Positions 8,583 to 18,120 of a stretch of DNA of 64,000 nt are shown here, piece by piece. Positions within the stretch are counted from its first letter, which is position 1, and each line of letters starts with the position of its first letter. The translations under genes were made by a program, and so were the position numbers. The notes under the pieces were generated by a model. The model was not told where the DNA came from. It saw only the letters and a program-made list of their open reading frames with translations, and searched no databases. The stretch is from an uncultured Christensenella sp. (GTDB lineage: Bacteria > Bacillota > Clostridia > Christensenellales > DTU072). The stretch is taken from the NCBI GenBank assembly GCA_964418255.1, contig CAYQKV010000002.1, positions 108,421 through 172,420 on the forward strand. The letters are read 5' to 3'.

Positions 8583-9422
8583 CTATACGGACGGGTCGTC
8601 GCGGTAGAGTTCGTTAAAAGATTTTTTAATCCCGTTATGCTTGTATCCGAGAATTTTATCGATAATTACGTTGTTTGCCGCGGTGAAAATGTTCTTTTCC
8701 GCGACGGGGTTATATTCGGTGAGAACTTTTATCAGTTCCTTCGTCTTTTTGCGCTGAGAGACGGTTTCCGGGTTGCTTTGAGCGTCCTTTTCGGTGAAAC
8801 GGCACGCGCATTGCAGGAATTTTAGTCCGTGATACTCCGACCACGCGATTATGTCTTTTTCTCTTATAAGGTACATCGGGCGTATGAGTTCCATACCTTC
8901 GAAATTTTGACTTCTCAGTTTCGGAAGCATAGTCTGGAACGCGCCCGCGTTGAGCATACTCAAAAGCGTGGTTGCGATAACATCGTCGAAATGGTGCCCG
9001 AGAGCTATTTTATTGCAACCCAAATCGCGCGCAATAGAGTACAACGCGCCTCGGCGCATTTTCGCGCAGAGGTAGCAGGCGATTTTGCCTTGCGAAGCGG
9101 TTACTTCGAAAATGTTGCTGTCTTTTATTTCGGCGGGAATGCCGAGAAGGGTTATATTACTTTTGATTAGTTCGAGATTTTCCTCGTTGTAACCGGGGTT
9201 CATAACAAGATAGGTTACGTCGAAAGGAATATTCGAATGGCGGTGAAGTTCCTGAAAAAGTTTGGCGAGAAGCATCGAGTCTTTTCCGCCCGAAATGCAA
9301 ACGCAGATACGGTCGTTTTCTTCGACGAGTTCGTATTCCTTTACCGCTTTGGTGAACTTCGACCAAAGACGGGAACGGAAGTTGGTGATTATGCTTTTTT
9401 CGATGTTTTGTACGTCCGACAT
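8583..9422 (-). CDS. TtcA-like PP-loop tRNA 2-thiolation ATPase
   Basis: CISGGKDSMLLAKL PP-loop, CYLCAKMRRG, GHHFDDVIATTLLSMLNAG; probable start MSDVQN at 9422. Confidence 0.8.
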   Translation of the reverse strand: MSDVQNIEKSIITNFRSRLWSKFTKAVKEYELVEENDRICVCISGGKDSMLLAKLFQELHRHSNIPFDVTYLVMNPGYNEENLELIKSNITLLGIPAEIKDSNIFEVTASQGKIACYLCAKMRRGALYSIARDLGCNKIALGHHFDDVIATTLLSMLNAGAFQTMLPKLRSQNFEGMELIRPMYLIREKDIIAWSEYHGLKFLQCACRFTEKDAQSNPETVSQRKKTKELIKVLTEYNPVAEKNIFTAANNVIIDKILGYKHNGIKKSFNELYRDDPSV

Positions 9423-9562
9423 ATTTTCCTTACGGCGGAAATTGTACCAAAAAATATTTCCCGTGTCAAACAAGGTAAACGGTCGAACACTTTGTACTTG
9501 CCTGTCTGCGCTTTTGCGTGTATAATAAGATTAAAACACATAAAAACTTACGGAGTGGAACA

Positions 9563-10690
9563 ATGAAAAAAATTCTCGTTGCCGCAGACTCGTTCAAAGG
9601 CTCGCTGTCCTCTAAGGAAATCGCGGATATTTTCGCGGAACAGGCGAGAGAAGAAAATTTGGACGCGGTCGTTACGGGCGTGAGCATAGCCGACGGCGGG
9701 GAAGGAACGCTTGACGCGGTTTTGTCTTGCGGAAAGTACAGGGAAGTAAAAATCGTCTGCCGCAATCCGCTGTTTGACGATGTCACGGCAAGATACGCGC
9801 TCGGAAACGGCGAAGCCGTGGTGGAAATGGCGGAAGCGTCGGGGCTGACTCTCATAGATTACGCCGACGGAAACGCTTTGAAGACGACTACGTACGGAAC
9901 GGGAGAACTCATCGCCGACGCGGTAAAGAACGGCGCGAAACACGTCTACGTATGCGTGGGCGGAAGCGCAACCAACGACGGCGGAGCGGGCGCGCTGTCC
10001 GCGCTCGGGGTTAAATTTTTCGACGAAAAGGGCGACGTTTTCCTTCCCATAGGCGGGACGCTCGATAAAATAAGCGGCGCGGATACTGAGGGATTGAAAA
10101 AATACGACGGCGTGAAATTTACGTTGGTTGCCGACGTCGACAACCCTTTGCTCGGAAAGACGGGCGCGACTATGTTTTACGGCGGACAGAAAGGCGCGGT
10201 CGGGAAAGATTTCGAAGTCCTCGAAAACGGAATGAAAAATTACGCCGAAGTGACGGAAAAAGTTACGGGCGCGAGTATCGGAGAAATGAAGAGCGCGGGC
10301 GCGGCGGGCGGACTCGCGGGGGGATTGATTGCATACCTCGGCGCGGAAGTGCGGAGCGGGATAGGAACCGTGTTGGAAATCATCGGGTTTGACAAATACC
10401 TTGACGGAAAGGACGCTGTCGTTACGGGAGAGGGCAGGATAGACGAACAGTCTCTGCACGGGAAAGCGGTGTGCGGCGTGTGCGCGGCGGCGCGGAAGAA
10501 AAACGCGGCGATTTACGCGATAGCGGGGTGCACGAGTTTAAGCGCGGAGCGGTACGAAGAGATAGGAATACGGCATATAGAAACACTCGTAAGCTATGCG
10601 GAATCGGCGGAAGACTCGATAAACAACGCGAAAAAATACGCGGAAAAAGCGGCGAAAAAATTATTGAAAATCATTTGCGAGGAGGAGTAA
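9563..10690 (+). CDS. Glycerate kinase
   Basis: MKKILVAADSFKGSLSSKEIA, VGGSATNDGGAGALSALG, VTGEGRIDEQSLHGK. Confidence 0.9.
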   Translation: MKKILVAADSFKGSLSSKEIADIFAEQAREENLDAVVTGVSIADGGEGTLDAVLSCGKYREVKIVCRNPLFDDVTARYALGNGEAVVEMAEASGLTLIDYADGNALKTTTYGTGELIADAVKNGAKHVYVCVGGSATNDGGAGALSALGVKFFDEKGDVFLPIGGTLDKISGADTEGLKKYDGVKFTLVADVDNPLLGKTGATMFYGGQKGAVGKDFEVLENGMKNYAEVTEKVTGASIGEMKSAGAAGGLAGGLIAYLGAEVRSGIGTVLEIIGFDKYLDGKDAVVTGEGRIDEQSLHGKAVCGVCAAARKKNAAIYAIAGCTSLSAERYEEIGIRHIETLVSYAESAEDSINNAKKYAEKAAKKLLKIICEEE

Positions 10691-10691
10691 A

Positions 10692-11594
10692 ATGAAAAAA
10701 GAGGAATTGAAAGAATTAGTCGGAAGAATGGAAAAATTCGAATTGACCGACGAAGAAAGAGCGAAGAAAAACGGTAAATTTATCAAACTTCCGAGCGGAA
10801 ATATCCATTACGAAATCAAAGGAGAAGGGGAAACCGTCGTGCTTGTGCACGGCTACGCCACCCCTTATTATCTCTATGATAAACTGTTCGACAGGCTGGT
10901 GAGCGCAGGATACAAAGTACTTCGGTACGACCTTCCGGGAAGAGGATACTCGGAAAGAGTGGATACGGTTTATTCGCCCGAATTTTTTGCAAAAAACCTC
11001 GACGAACTCACGAGCGCGCTATTAGGCGATGAAAAGTTTTATCTTGCGGGAACGAGTATGGGCGGTACGATTTGCGCCGCGTTCTGCGCGATGAGACCGG
11101 AAAAAGTCAAAAAACTCATTCTGCTCGCCCCTGCGGGAATGGATACGTTCAAAGCGCCCGCTTATATGAAACTTTGTAAAATAAAAGGTTTCGGCGAGTT
11201 CCTTTTCTACAACGTCGCAGGGAAAATTCTGTTGAAAAAATGCGCCTCGGAAATGTACTTCTCTCCCGAAGAAGACAAGGACGAATATATGCGCCTCTTT
11301 GCGGACGCGGCGCAATATAAAGATTTCTTAAAATGCACGCTTTCGTCGCTCAGAAACACGATTTTGAGAACCGATATAGCGATAAAAGGATACAAAGAAG
11401 TGGCTAAAAACGGAATTCCCGTACTTTGCATATGGGGAACGGCGGATAAGACGATGCCTTACTATCAGCACGAAAGACTGCTTGAAGTATGCCCGCAGAC
11501 GAAACTGATAACTTATGAAAATTCGGGACATATTTTCCTGTACGACGAGGGAGAAAGAACGGCGGACGACGTCCTCGAATTCATAAAGGGTTAG
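10692..11594 (+). CDS. Alpha/beta hydrolase
   Basis: VHGYATPYYLYD, GTSMGGT nucleophile elbow, GTADKTMPY, NSGHIF. Confidence 0.85.
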   Translation: MKKEELKELVGRMEKFELTDEERAKKNGKFIKLPSGNIHYEIKGEGETVVLVHGYATPYYLYDKLFDRLVSAGYKVLRYDLPGRGYSERVDTVYSPEFFAKNLDELTSALLGDEKFYLAGTSMGGTICAAFCAMRPEKVKKLILLAPAGMDTFKAPAYMKLCKIKGFGEFLFYNVAGKILLKKCASEMYFSPEEDKDEYMRLFADAAQYKDFLKCTLSSLRNTILRTDIAIKGYKEVAKNGIPVLCIWGTADKTMPYYQHERLLEVCPQTKLITYENSGHIFLYDEGERTADDVLEFIKG

Positions 11595-11620
11595 AAAGAA
11601 AGTTTTTAAGAAGAAATGTT

Positions 11621-11648
11621 AAAGGCGCGGCGAACTTGCCGCGCCTTT
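11621..11648. terminator. Bidirectional intrinsic terminator
   Basis: AAAGGCGCGGC-GAACTT-GCCGCGCCTTT between convergent genes. Confidence 0.75.
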
Positions 11649-11665
11649 ATGAGTTTTGCGACAGA

Positions 11666-12016
11666 TTAAACGATAGCGTCGGTCATAGTGTAGTTTTCAA
11701 GAGAACCCGCTTTTGTCTGAATACAGATATATTTCAAAGATTGCGTGGACGAAGCGAAAAACTGTCTCTTTGCCGCGGGAGAAACGCGAAGCCAGTCGCC
11801 GGCTTTCAAGGCGATTTCTTCTCCGTCTATCACGGCGACGCCTTCTCCGTCGAGAATTCCGTAGACCTCTTCGTTTTGTTTGTGAGAATGGATAAAAGGA
11901 ACGCTTGCGCCCGCGGGCAGTACGTTAATACTGATTTCCGAACCCGAGAGGTTGAGTTTGTCGTGAAGTTCCGCGCGCGGTTCTTCCGCCACGCCGTATT
12001 TGGTGTAATTTGTCAT
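11666..12016 (-). CDS. Cupin-domain protein
   Basis: PFIHSHKQNEEVYGILDGEGVAVIDGEEIALKAGDWLRVSP. Confidence 0.8.
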   Translation of the reverse strand: MTNYTKYGVAEEPRAELHDKLNLSGSEISINVLPAGASVPFIHSHKQNEEVYGILDGEGVAVIDGEEIALKAGDWLRVSPAAKRQFFASSTQSLKYICIQTKAGSLENYTMTDAIV

Positions 12017-12179
12017 AGTAATACCTCCGAAACGATTTTATTTTGCAACTTTTACTTGTTACGTTTTCAGTATAGCAAAAGAACACCGATAAGACGTGAA
12101 GGTTACTTTTTTATTATCGGATAATAAATTGGTTACAAGGTTACTTTTGGGAAACCTTTGGGAATTTCCGATACTTTTT

Positions 12180-12977
12180 TCAGTAAGGTTTTCGGGAAAT
12201 TTCGAACGCGTCCGTAAGTTTGTCGGGGAAACAATCTTCGTTTAACGAATGTTTTCGACGGTATTTTATGCCGTAGGCGTTCAGTCCGTAAAAAGCCGCG
12301 ATAAACGCGCAGAGAGCGACGCAGACTCCTACGTAGTACAGCGCAAGTTGCCAGCCGAGGAGGGACGCGCCTTGCGGGAACAGGAATTGCAAAATCTGCC
12401 CGTCCGTTATCTTTATTATTATGGGTTTTCCTTCGGTCTGACTGTAATTTGTGCAACCGTAAATCAACCAGGAATAACCGACCATAAGAGCAATACCTAT
12501 AAAATGCTGATATACGGTTTTCTTGAATTCATAGCGACGAACGTTGGCGAGCATAAGCATACCGCCTGCGAAAAGCATATGGTGGTTGATGATAGCCATA
12601 GCAAACAGGAACTTGCTTTCTTCGCCGTTTACAAAACTATCGGGAGAAATCCAGAAGGAAACCGAATAGAAAAAGCCTGCGAGTATCGCCGTAAACGCCG
12701 CGAAACAGTCGCACTTTTTTATGCGGAAAGTCGTGAATATTCCGAATATGAAATAACTGAGCGCGGAAAATTCCACGGGAAAATGCATATGGCGACCTAT
12801 CGCTTGCCAGTAGAGATATTCGCATATTTTGTAGACTAATAGAAACGCGCCGATGGCATAAGCCGTCGCGTAACTCGCTTTCGGAGATTTGCGTAAAAAA
12901 ATTATTCCGACGTTTATTGCGATAAACAGTAAAAAGATTAGTAAACCGCAATACCAGTATTGATTATTTCCAAACAT
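12180..12977 (-). CDS. YwaF/TIGR02206-like integral membrane protein
   Basis: Polytopic membrane protein; HMHFPVEFSALSYF, NHHMLFAGG, YSWLIYGCTNY. Confidence 0.55.
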   Translation of the reverse strand: MFGNNQYWYCGLLIFLLFIAINVGIIFLRKSPKASYATAYAIGAFLLVYKICEYLYWQAIGRHMHFPVEFSALSYFIFGIFTTFRIKKCDCFAAFTAILAGFFYSVSFWISPDSFVNGEESKFLFAMAIINHHMLFAGGMLMLANVRRYEFKKTVYQHFIGIALMVGYSWLIYGCTNYSQTEGKPIIIKITDGQILQFLFPQGASLLGWQLALYYVGVCVALCAFIAAFYGLNAYGIKYRRKHSLNEDCFPDKLTDAFEISRKPY

Positions 12978-13250
12978 TATTCATTGTCGCCTAACTATTG
13001 TAGATAATGATTATATAATAATTTTGTCGAGAAAGCAAGACAAATTAAAATTGATTGTTCGTCGCGCACCGTTCCAACGGAGATATAGCGGAGTAATTCT
13101 TCGTGTTTTTATCTTTCATATTTAGAAAGCCGCCTGTTAATGAAATGTCGCAAAAGCGACATAAAATATCTTTCGATGTGAAATACGGCAAAAGCCGTGT
13201 GAAATAAAATTCGCCTTTTGCTTGATACTTTTTTGGTATAAAGGGACGTA

Positions 13251-13393
13251 AAAAATGAAGTCGCTGTCGCTAATGAAGACGTTACGCTAATGAAAAATGA
13301 AGCGAAGCGCCACCATAATTAGCGCAATTTTTGCGCGACTTCATTAGGCGAAGCCGTCTTCATTCTTCATTCAACAAAAGTGGCGCTTCATTT
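13251..13393. repeat. Cluster of interleaved inverted repeats (AATGAAG/CTTCATT family)
   Basis: AATGAAGTCGC, TAATGAAGAC and AAATGAAGCG(aa)GCGCCAC each have a reverse complement downstream in order A-B-C-A'-B'-C'. Confidence 0.6.
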
Positions 13394-13394
13394 C

Positions 13395-13427
13395 AAACCC
13401 CCCTTTGAAAAAACAAAGGGGGGTTTG
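13395..13427. terminator. Strong hairpin, possible terminator
   Basis: AAACCCCCCTTTG-aaaaaa-CAAAGGGGGGTTT. Confidence 0.5.
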
Positions 13428-13428
13428 A

Positions 13429-13449
13429 TGGTGCCGATGGTGGGGGTCG
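13429..13449 (-). repeat. 21-bp duplicate of tRNA-Leu 3' end
   Basis: TGGTGCCGATGGTGGGGGTCG identical to 13628-13648. Confidence 0.75.
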
Positions 13450-13589
13450 CTCCGACATCCGAACTTTGTTCGGACTTCGCGGTTAACACCGCTACGCAGA
13501 CCACGCTGTGTCTATCACGCCGGGGCGGACGACAACTCATCGGATTGTCGTTTAATCCGCCCGTTCGACCCCATAAAATATATCAAGAA

Positions 13590-13626
13590 ATAAAATAATC
13601 CGAGATTTTATCTCGGATTATTTTAT
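13590..13626 (-). terminator. Terminator downstream of tRNA-Leu
   Basis: AATAAAATAATCCGAGA...TCTCGGATTATTTTAT hairpin. Confidence 0.65.
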
Positions 13627-13627
13627 T

Positions 13628-13714
13628 TGGTGCCGATGGTGGGGGTCGAACCCACACGATGTTGCCATCACGGGATTTTGAGTCCCGCGCGTCTGCCAGT
13701 TCCACCACATCGGC
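13628..13714 (-). tRNA. tRNA-Leu (anticodon CAA), CCA encoded
   Basis: GCCGATGTGGTGGAACTGGCAGACGCGCGGGACTCAAAATCCCGTGATGGCAACATCGTGTGGGTTCGACCCCCACCATCGGCACCA: cloverleaf with long variable arm, GTTCGA T-loop. Confidence 0.95.
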
Positions 13715-13809
13715 TTGAAATGTATTATTATATTATCACATATTTTTTCGCGTGGCAAGCGTTACGGCGTTTTTTTCACTGATTTTTAGTTCGCCTGACT
13801 TTGCCTTTT

Positions 13810-14337
13810 TCAGTCTATGAGCATTTCGACGTACGTTTTGTATACTTCGGGCGCGGTTTCCTGCCATTTCGTGGCTACGCTGTTTGCTTTCGCTTTGGTC
13901 GGAACGGTGAATTTCAGCTCGAACATAGTGGTTTCTCCGTTCAGCACCATACAGTTTACGGAATAAGTTCCGTCGGGGTTTTGCTCGTTCGTGCAGACAA
14001 ACTCCTGTTTTTTGCGGTATTCCAGCTTATTGTTGCGTATGTATTCCGCCACGTCGTCGCGCACGGATTTGAAAATACTGCTGTAAAAATAACTCAGACA
14101 GACTTTTCCGTCTTCGCTTATCGTCAGCAAACTGTCGTTTTTGTTGTGCGGGTCGGGTTTGGAGAAAACGAAACGCGCGCCGACGAGTTCGTCTATAAAA
14201 TGGGCGAAGCAAAAGTACGGAACCCAGTTGTTTTCCACGCAGCACATTTGCGTGAGCAACTCCTGATTTATCGGGGTTTCGTATTTGTCAAGTATAAACA
14301 ATATCAATAATTTATTCTTTATATCTTCGTCAATCAT
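13810..14337 (-). CDS. DUF4364-like protein
   Basis: NKLLILFILDKYETPINQELLTQMCCVENNWVPYFCFAHFIDELV. Confidence 0.6.
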   Translation of the reverse strand: MIDEDIKNKLLILFILDKYETPINQELLTQMCCVENNWVPYFCFAHFIDELVGARFVFSKPDPHNKNDSLLTISEDGKVCLSYFYSSIFKSVRDDVAEYIRNNKLEYRKKQEFVCTNEQNPDGTYSVNCMVLNGETTMFELKFTVPTKAKANSVATKWQETAPEVYKTYVEMLID

Positions 14338-14542
14338 TTCTAAAAAAGTATACAGATTTTACTTCGTTTTGTCAAATCAACCGCGATAATAAAACCGATA
14401 AAAAACGGCGGTCGCAATATCTTGTACCGCGAAAAGTGTCAGGTCACAATTTTATCCGTTTTATCTGTCGCGAAGAATTATTTTTACGATTGCGCTTTAC
14501 CTGTGCGTATTATCGTTCGGCAAGGCGCGCTTTAACATATTT

Positions 14543-15043
14543 CTATTTATTCGTGCTTCCGAACCCGCCGTTGCGTTCGCCCGTGGCTTCGTCGTCCGTC
14601 GTTATTCCGAACTGCAGGAAAATTCCCTGGCAAAAGCCGCCGCCTTTTTTTACGGTTAACGCCTTGTTTTCGCGGGAATCATTGGTTATTTTGCAAAAAA
14701 TATGCCCTTGATTATCGCTTTCATAGTAGTCCGCGTCGATTATTCCCACGGTGTTGTCGAGTTGCATTCTGAACTTAAAACCGAGTCCGCTTCTCGGAAA
14801 GAGCGCGAGCACCCAGCCGTCCGCGATTTTAACCCGTATTCCCGTCGGAATTTTCACGCTTTCTCCTGCGGACAGCGAAAATTCGTACGGGGCGTAAAAG
14901 TCATATCCCGCGCTTCCTTTCGTCGCGCGTTTCGGAAGAATGATTTCGTCGTAAATTTCCTTTATTTTGTCGTCGGAAACGCCGTTAAAAGCCTTTTTGT
15001 ATTCGTCGAAACTTACTTTTTCGAACCTTGCGATTTTTTCCAT
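14543..15043 (-). CDS. dut: dUTP diphosphatase
   Basis: LPKRATKGSAGYDFYAP, FPRSGLGFKF, GIIDADYY, motif-5-like ERNGGFGSTNK. Confidence 0.9.
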   Translation of the reverse strand: MEKIARFEKVSFDEYKKAFNGVSDDKIKEIYDEIILPKRATKGSAGYDFYAPYEFSLSAGESVKIPTGIRVKIADGWVLALFPRSGLGFKFRMQLDNTVGIIDADYYESDNQGHIFCKITNDSRENKALTVKKGGGFCQGIFLQFGITTDDEATGERNGGFGSTNK

Positions 15044-15049
15044 ATTGCC

Positions 15050-16399
15050 TCAGTTTTTATGCGCCCATACGGGAGCGGGAATTCTTCCTCCGCGGGCGAT
15101 AAAAGCGGCGGGGGAGAACTTGCTTATCGGCATTATCGGCGCGCTTCCGAGGAGTCCGCCGAAATCGACCGAGCCTTCTTCTTTTCCGCATACGGGGATA
15201 ACTCTTACCGCCGTCGTTTTGCCGTTTACCATACCGATTGCCGCTTCGTCGGCAATAAGCGCGGAGATTACCTCTTTGCTCGTGCTGCCCGGGACGGCTA
15301 TCATATCCAGTCCGACGGAGCATACCGCCGTCATCGCTTCGAGTTTTTCTATTTTCAACGCGCCGCGTTTTACGGCGTTAATCATTCCTATATCTTCGCT
15401 TACGGGGATAAACGCGCCGCTGAGCCCTCCGACGTGGCTCGTCGCCATAAATCCGCCTTTTTTAACCGCGTCGTTCAGAAGGGCAAGGCACGCCGTCGTG
15501 CCGCAAGCTCCTACGCTTTCAAGACCTATTTCTTCGAGAATGTGCGCGACGGAGTCGCCCATAACGGGAGTGGGGGCAAGGCTTAAATCCACTATGCCGA
15601 AGTTGGCGTTAAGGCGTTTCGACGCTTCGAGCGCGACGAACTGACCTACGCGCGTGATTTTATACGCGATTTTTTTAACCGTTTCCGCTACCGTCGTGAG
15701 GTCGGCGCCTTTGACTTGTTCGAGGGCGGCTTTGACTACGCCCGGACCGCTTACGCCTACGTTAATTACCGCGTCCGCTTCTCCTACGCCGTGAAACGCG
15801 CCCGCCATAAACGGATTGTCTTCCACCGCGTTGGCGAAAACGACGAGCTTCGCGCAACCGATACTTCCGTCGTCGCGCGTCTTTTCCGCGGTTTTTTTGA
15901 TTATGTCGCCCATTAAAGCGACCGCGTCCATATTTATACCCGTGCGCGTGGAAGCCACGTTTACCGACGAACAGAGTTTTTTCGTGGAAGCGAGGGTGTC
16001 GGGAATGGTTTCGATAAATTTTTTCTCGTAGTCGGTCATACCTTTATGGACGAGGGCGGTGTAGCCGCCGATAAAGTCCACGCCGCAGACTTCCGAGCAT
16101 TTGTCGAGAACCGCCGCGACTTTTTCCGAACCGCCCGTTCTTGCCGTTATGAGGCTGACGGGAGTAACGGAAATGCGCTTGTTTACTATCGGAATGCCCG
16201 TTTCTTTCGCTATGTCGTCCGCGGTTTTTACGAGTGAACCCGCGTAAGAGGTTATTTTATCGTATACGTTGGCGCAGGTCTCTTCCACAGTGCCGCCTAC
16301 GCAGTCGAAAAGGGAAATGCCCATAGTGACGGTACGCACGTCAAGGTGTTGCGCGTTTACCATACGGTTTGTTTCGAGAACTTCGTTAATGGAAATCAT
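15050..16399 (-). CDS. PFL family protein (UPF0210)
   Basis: [70 protein letters not shown]. Confidence 0.85.
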   Translation of the reverse strand: MISINEVLETNRMVNAQHLDVRTVTMGISLFDCVGGTVEETCANVYDKITSYAGSLVKTADDIAKETGIPIVNKRISVTPVSLITARTGGSEKVAAVLDKCSEVCGVDFIGGYTALVHKGMTDYEKKFIETIPDTLASTKKLCSSVNVASTRTGINMDAVALMGDIIKKTAEKTRDDGSIGCAKLVVFANAVEDNPFMAGAFHGVGEADAVINVGVSGPGVVKAALEQVKGADLTTVAETVKKIAYKITRVGQFVALEASKRLNANFGIVDLSLAPTPVMGDSVAHILEEIGLESVGACGTTACLALLNDAVKKGGFMATSHVGGLSGAFIPVSEDIGMINAVKRGALKIEKLEAMTAVCSVGLDMIAVPGSTSKEVISALIADEAAIGMVNGKTTAVRVIPVCGKEEGSVDFGGLLGSAPIMPISKFSPAAFIARGGRIPAPVWAHKN

Positions 16400-16410
16400 A
16401 ATTTACCGCC

Positions 16411-16680
16411 TTAAATTCTGTGCATCGCCTGGAAAATCGCTTCGCTTTGAATACGTATGTCTACGCCGATGGAAGAGCCTACCTCTTTGAGTTTGCTGTC
16501 TATGCCGTCGAAGGCAAGGTTCGCTTCGCCGAGGTCGACGAGCATAATCATAGTGAAATAGTCCTGCATAATCGTCTGGGATATGTCCTCGACGTTTACG
16601 TTCATTTCCCATAAAGCGGTCGTCACCTTTGCGATTATACCGCGCTTGTCCGTGCCGATAACTGATACAATTGCTTTCAT
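16411..16680 (-). CDS. ACT domain protein (UPF0237)
   Basis: MKAIVSVIGTDKRGIIAKVTTALWEMNVNVEDISQTIMQDYFTMIMLVDL. Confidence 0.9.
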   Translation of the reverse strand: MKAIVSVIGTDKRGIIAKVTTALWEMNVNVEDISQTIMQDYFTMIMLVDLGEANLAFDGIDSKLKEVGSSIGVDIRIQSEAIFQAMHRI

Positions 16681-16793
16681 TTTTTCTCCGTTACACCGTT
16701 TTTTTTCTGCTATTATACCAAATTTCCCACAATAAGACAACCGTTTACAAAATAAAACAAAATATTACACGCACCCGAGTCCATAATCAGTTT

Positions 16794-17318
16794 ATGAAAC
16801 CGAGAAAGAAACTAAAAAAAGATAACGGGACGAAAACAGACGAAGCGATGCTGATAAAACAGCAGGCTGAAAGAATAGAAGAATTAAGAGAGGAAAACCG
16901 CGCGCTCGAACTGTCTCTGGAAAGTTACAGAAACAGGGAAAAGGAAATCGTCGCTACGCTCGAATTCGCTAAAAAGAAAGGCGAAGAGTACGTCGCTATG
17001 GTAAGGGTAAAATACGCCCTCGAATGCGACCGTCTCGCAAGGTTCAGAACGAAACTCAAAGCATATAGGACGAAAGAAGAATTGATAAAGGGTTATGACG
17101 ACGCTTACGGACAGCTCAAAGAATGGCAGAACGAACTCGAACAGGCTATCGCGAAAGACTTCGGCAACCCGATGAAAGACTACCTCGGCGAAAGAAAAAG
17201 ATTAAACGACGAACCCGCCCTTAATTACGGCGCGATTATCGGAGAGGGAACGACCGACCTCGAAAACGCAACGCAGATAAGCGAAGAGGAACTTAAAGAA
17301 TTACTTGAACAGATATAA
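16794..17318 (+). CDS. Coiled-coil hypothetical protein
   Basis: Heptad-rich KQQAERIEELREENRALELSLESYRNREKEIVATLEFAKKKGEEYV. Confidence 0.6.
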   Translation: MKPRKKLKKDNGTKTDEAMLIKQQAERIEELREENRALELSLESYRNREKEIVATLEFAKKKGEEYVAMVRVKYALECDRLARFRTKLKAYRTKEELIKGYDDAYGQLKEWQNELEQAIAKDFGNPMKDYLGERKRLNDEPALNYGAIIGEGTTDLENATQISEEELKELLEQI

Positions 17319-17328
17319 ACGCAAGGCT

Positions 17329-17523
17329 TCCGACCAGTCGTTGCGCGGAGATTTTCCGTCAGTCGCTAACGCTTTGTGCCGATAAAATTTTGTATCCGCG
17401 CAAGTCGGACTTCCGCGGAAGCAAAATGACACATTTTGCTTAATAGTTTAGTTCGCAAGGGGTTTACGCCCCTTGCTCGAACCCCATAAGGGCAAAAAGC
17501 GAAAAGTGCGATTTTCACTTTTT
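17329..17523 (-). repeat. Structured intergenic element, copy R2
   Basis: Reverse complement reads AAAAAGTGAAAATCGCACTTTTCGCTTTTTGCCCTTATGGGGTTCGAGCAAGGGG...TCCGACTTGCGCGGATAC...TCCGCGCAACGACTGGTCGGA. Confidence 0.8.
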
Positions 17524-17690
17524 GGGTATTTTGACGTAAAACTTATCGGGTCACCCCGCCCGCCCACCCGATAGAGTGGGTGTTTTTTATCTGTTATCCT
17601 TATCCGCTTTATTTCACTTTATTTACAGAGATACTTAATTAGGGAGAAAACTATAATAAACAATACGAAAGATTTTTGTAAGGGAAGAGC

Positions 17691-17735
17691 GCGAGAGGGG
17701 AGAAACTTTTTGCTAAAAAAGGTTTCCTCTCTCGC
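17691..17735. repeat. Short palindromic repeat S1 (solo TIR pair)
   Basis: GCGAGAGGGGAGAAACTTTTTGCTAAAAAAGGTTTCCTCTCTCGC. Confidence 0.75.
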
Positions 17736-17780
17736 AATTTTAACATACCAACTTACGAAAAGTTTTTGTAAAGAGGGAGC

Positions 17781-17825
17781 ACGAGGGAGAAGAAACTTTT
17801 TGTCAAAAAAGGTTTTCGCCCTCGT
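17781..17825. repeat. Short palindromic repeat S2 (solo TIR pair)
   Basis: ACGAGGGAGAAGAAACTTTTTGTCAAAAAAGGTTTTCGCCCTCGT. Confidence 0.7.
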
Positions 17826-17863
17826 AAACTCTCTAATAAAATTTTTGTTTTTGTAAGGGAAGA

Positions 17864-18116
17864 GCGCGAGAGGGGAGAAACTTATATATTCGACACGAAC
17901 GTGCGCGTACCGAGAGTGTCGCCTTTATGGGGGTAAGCAAGGGGAGTGAACCCCTTGCGAGCTTACATAACAAGCAAAATGTGTCATTTTGCTTCCTTGG
18001 TAGTCCGACTTATGCGGATTAAGAAATCGTCCGCGTGTCGAATTCATCTCGACCGCGAGCGATTTTCCGCATAACGTTTGGTCGGGTGTAGTCTAAAAAG
18101 TTTTCCTCTCTCGCAC
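17864..18116 (+). repeat. Composite element: same TIRs enclosing a structured unit (copy C1)
   Basis: GCGCGAGAGGGGAGAAACTTATATATTCGACACG ... GTCTAAAAAGTTTTCCTCTCTCGCAC. Confidence 0.8.
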
Positions 18117-18120
18117 GCTA

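Noticed and set aside
8583-10459. Long antisense ORFs in the track (e.g. 8829-9170, 9548-10459)
   Set aside because: They overlap clear conserved genes on the other strand and have Arg/Val/Phe-rich shadow composition caused by codon bias.
13380-13598. ORF MALHFKPPFEKTKGGLMVPMVGVAPTSELC...
   Set aside because: It reads through a terminator-like hairpin and a tRNA fragment; no SD and no protein family.
14436-14711. Small ORF between DUF4364 and dut
   Set aside because: It overlaps the 3' end of dut on the opposite strand and has no family support.
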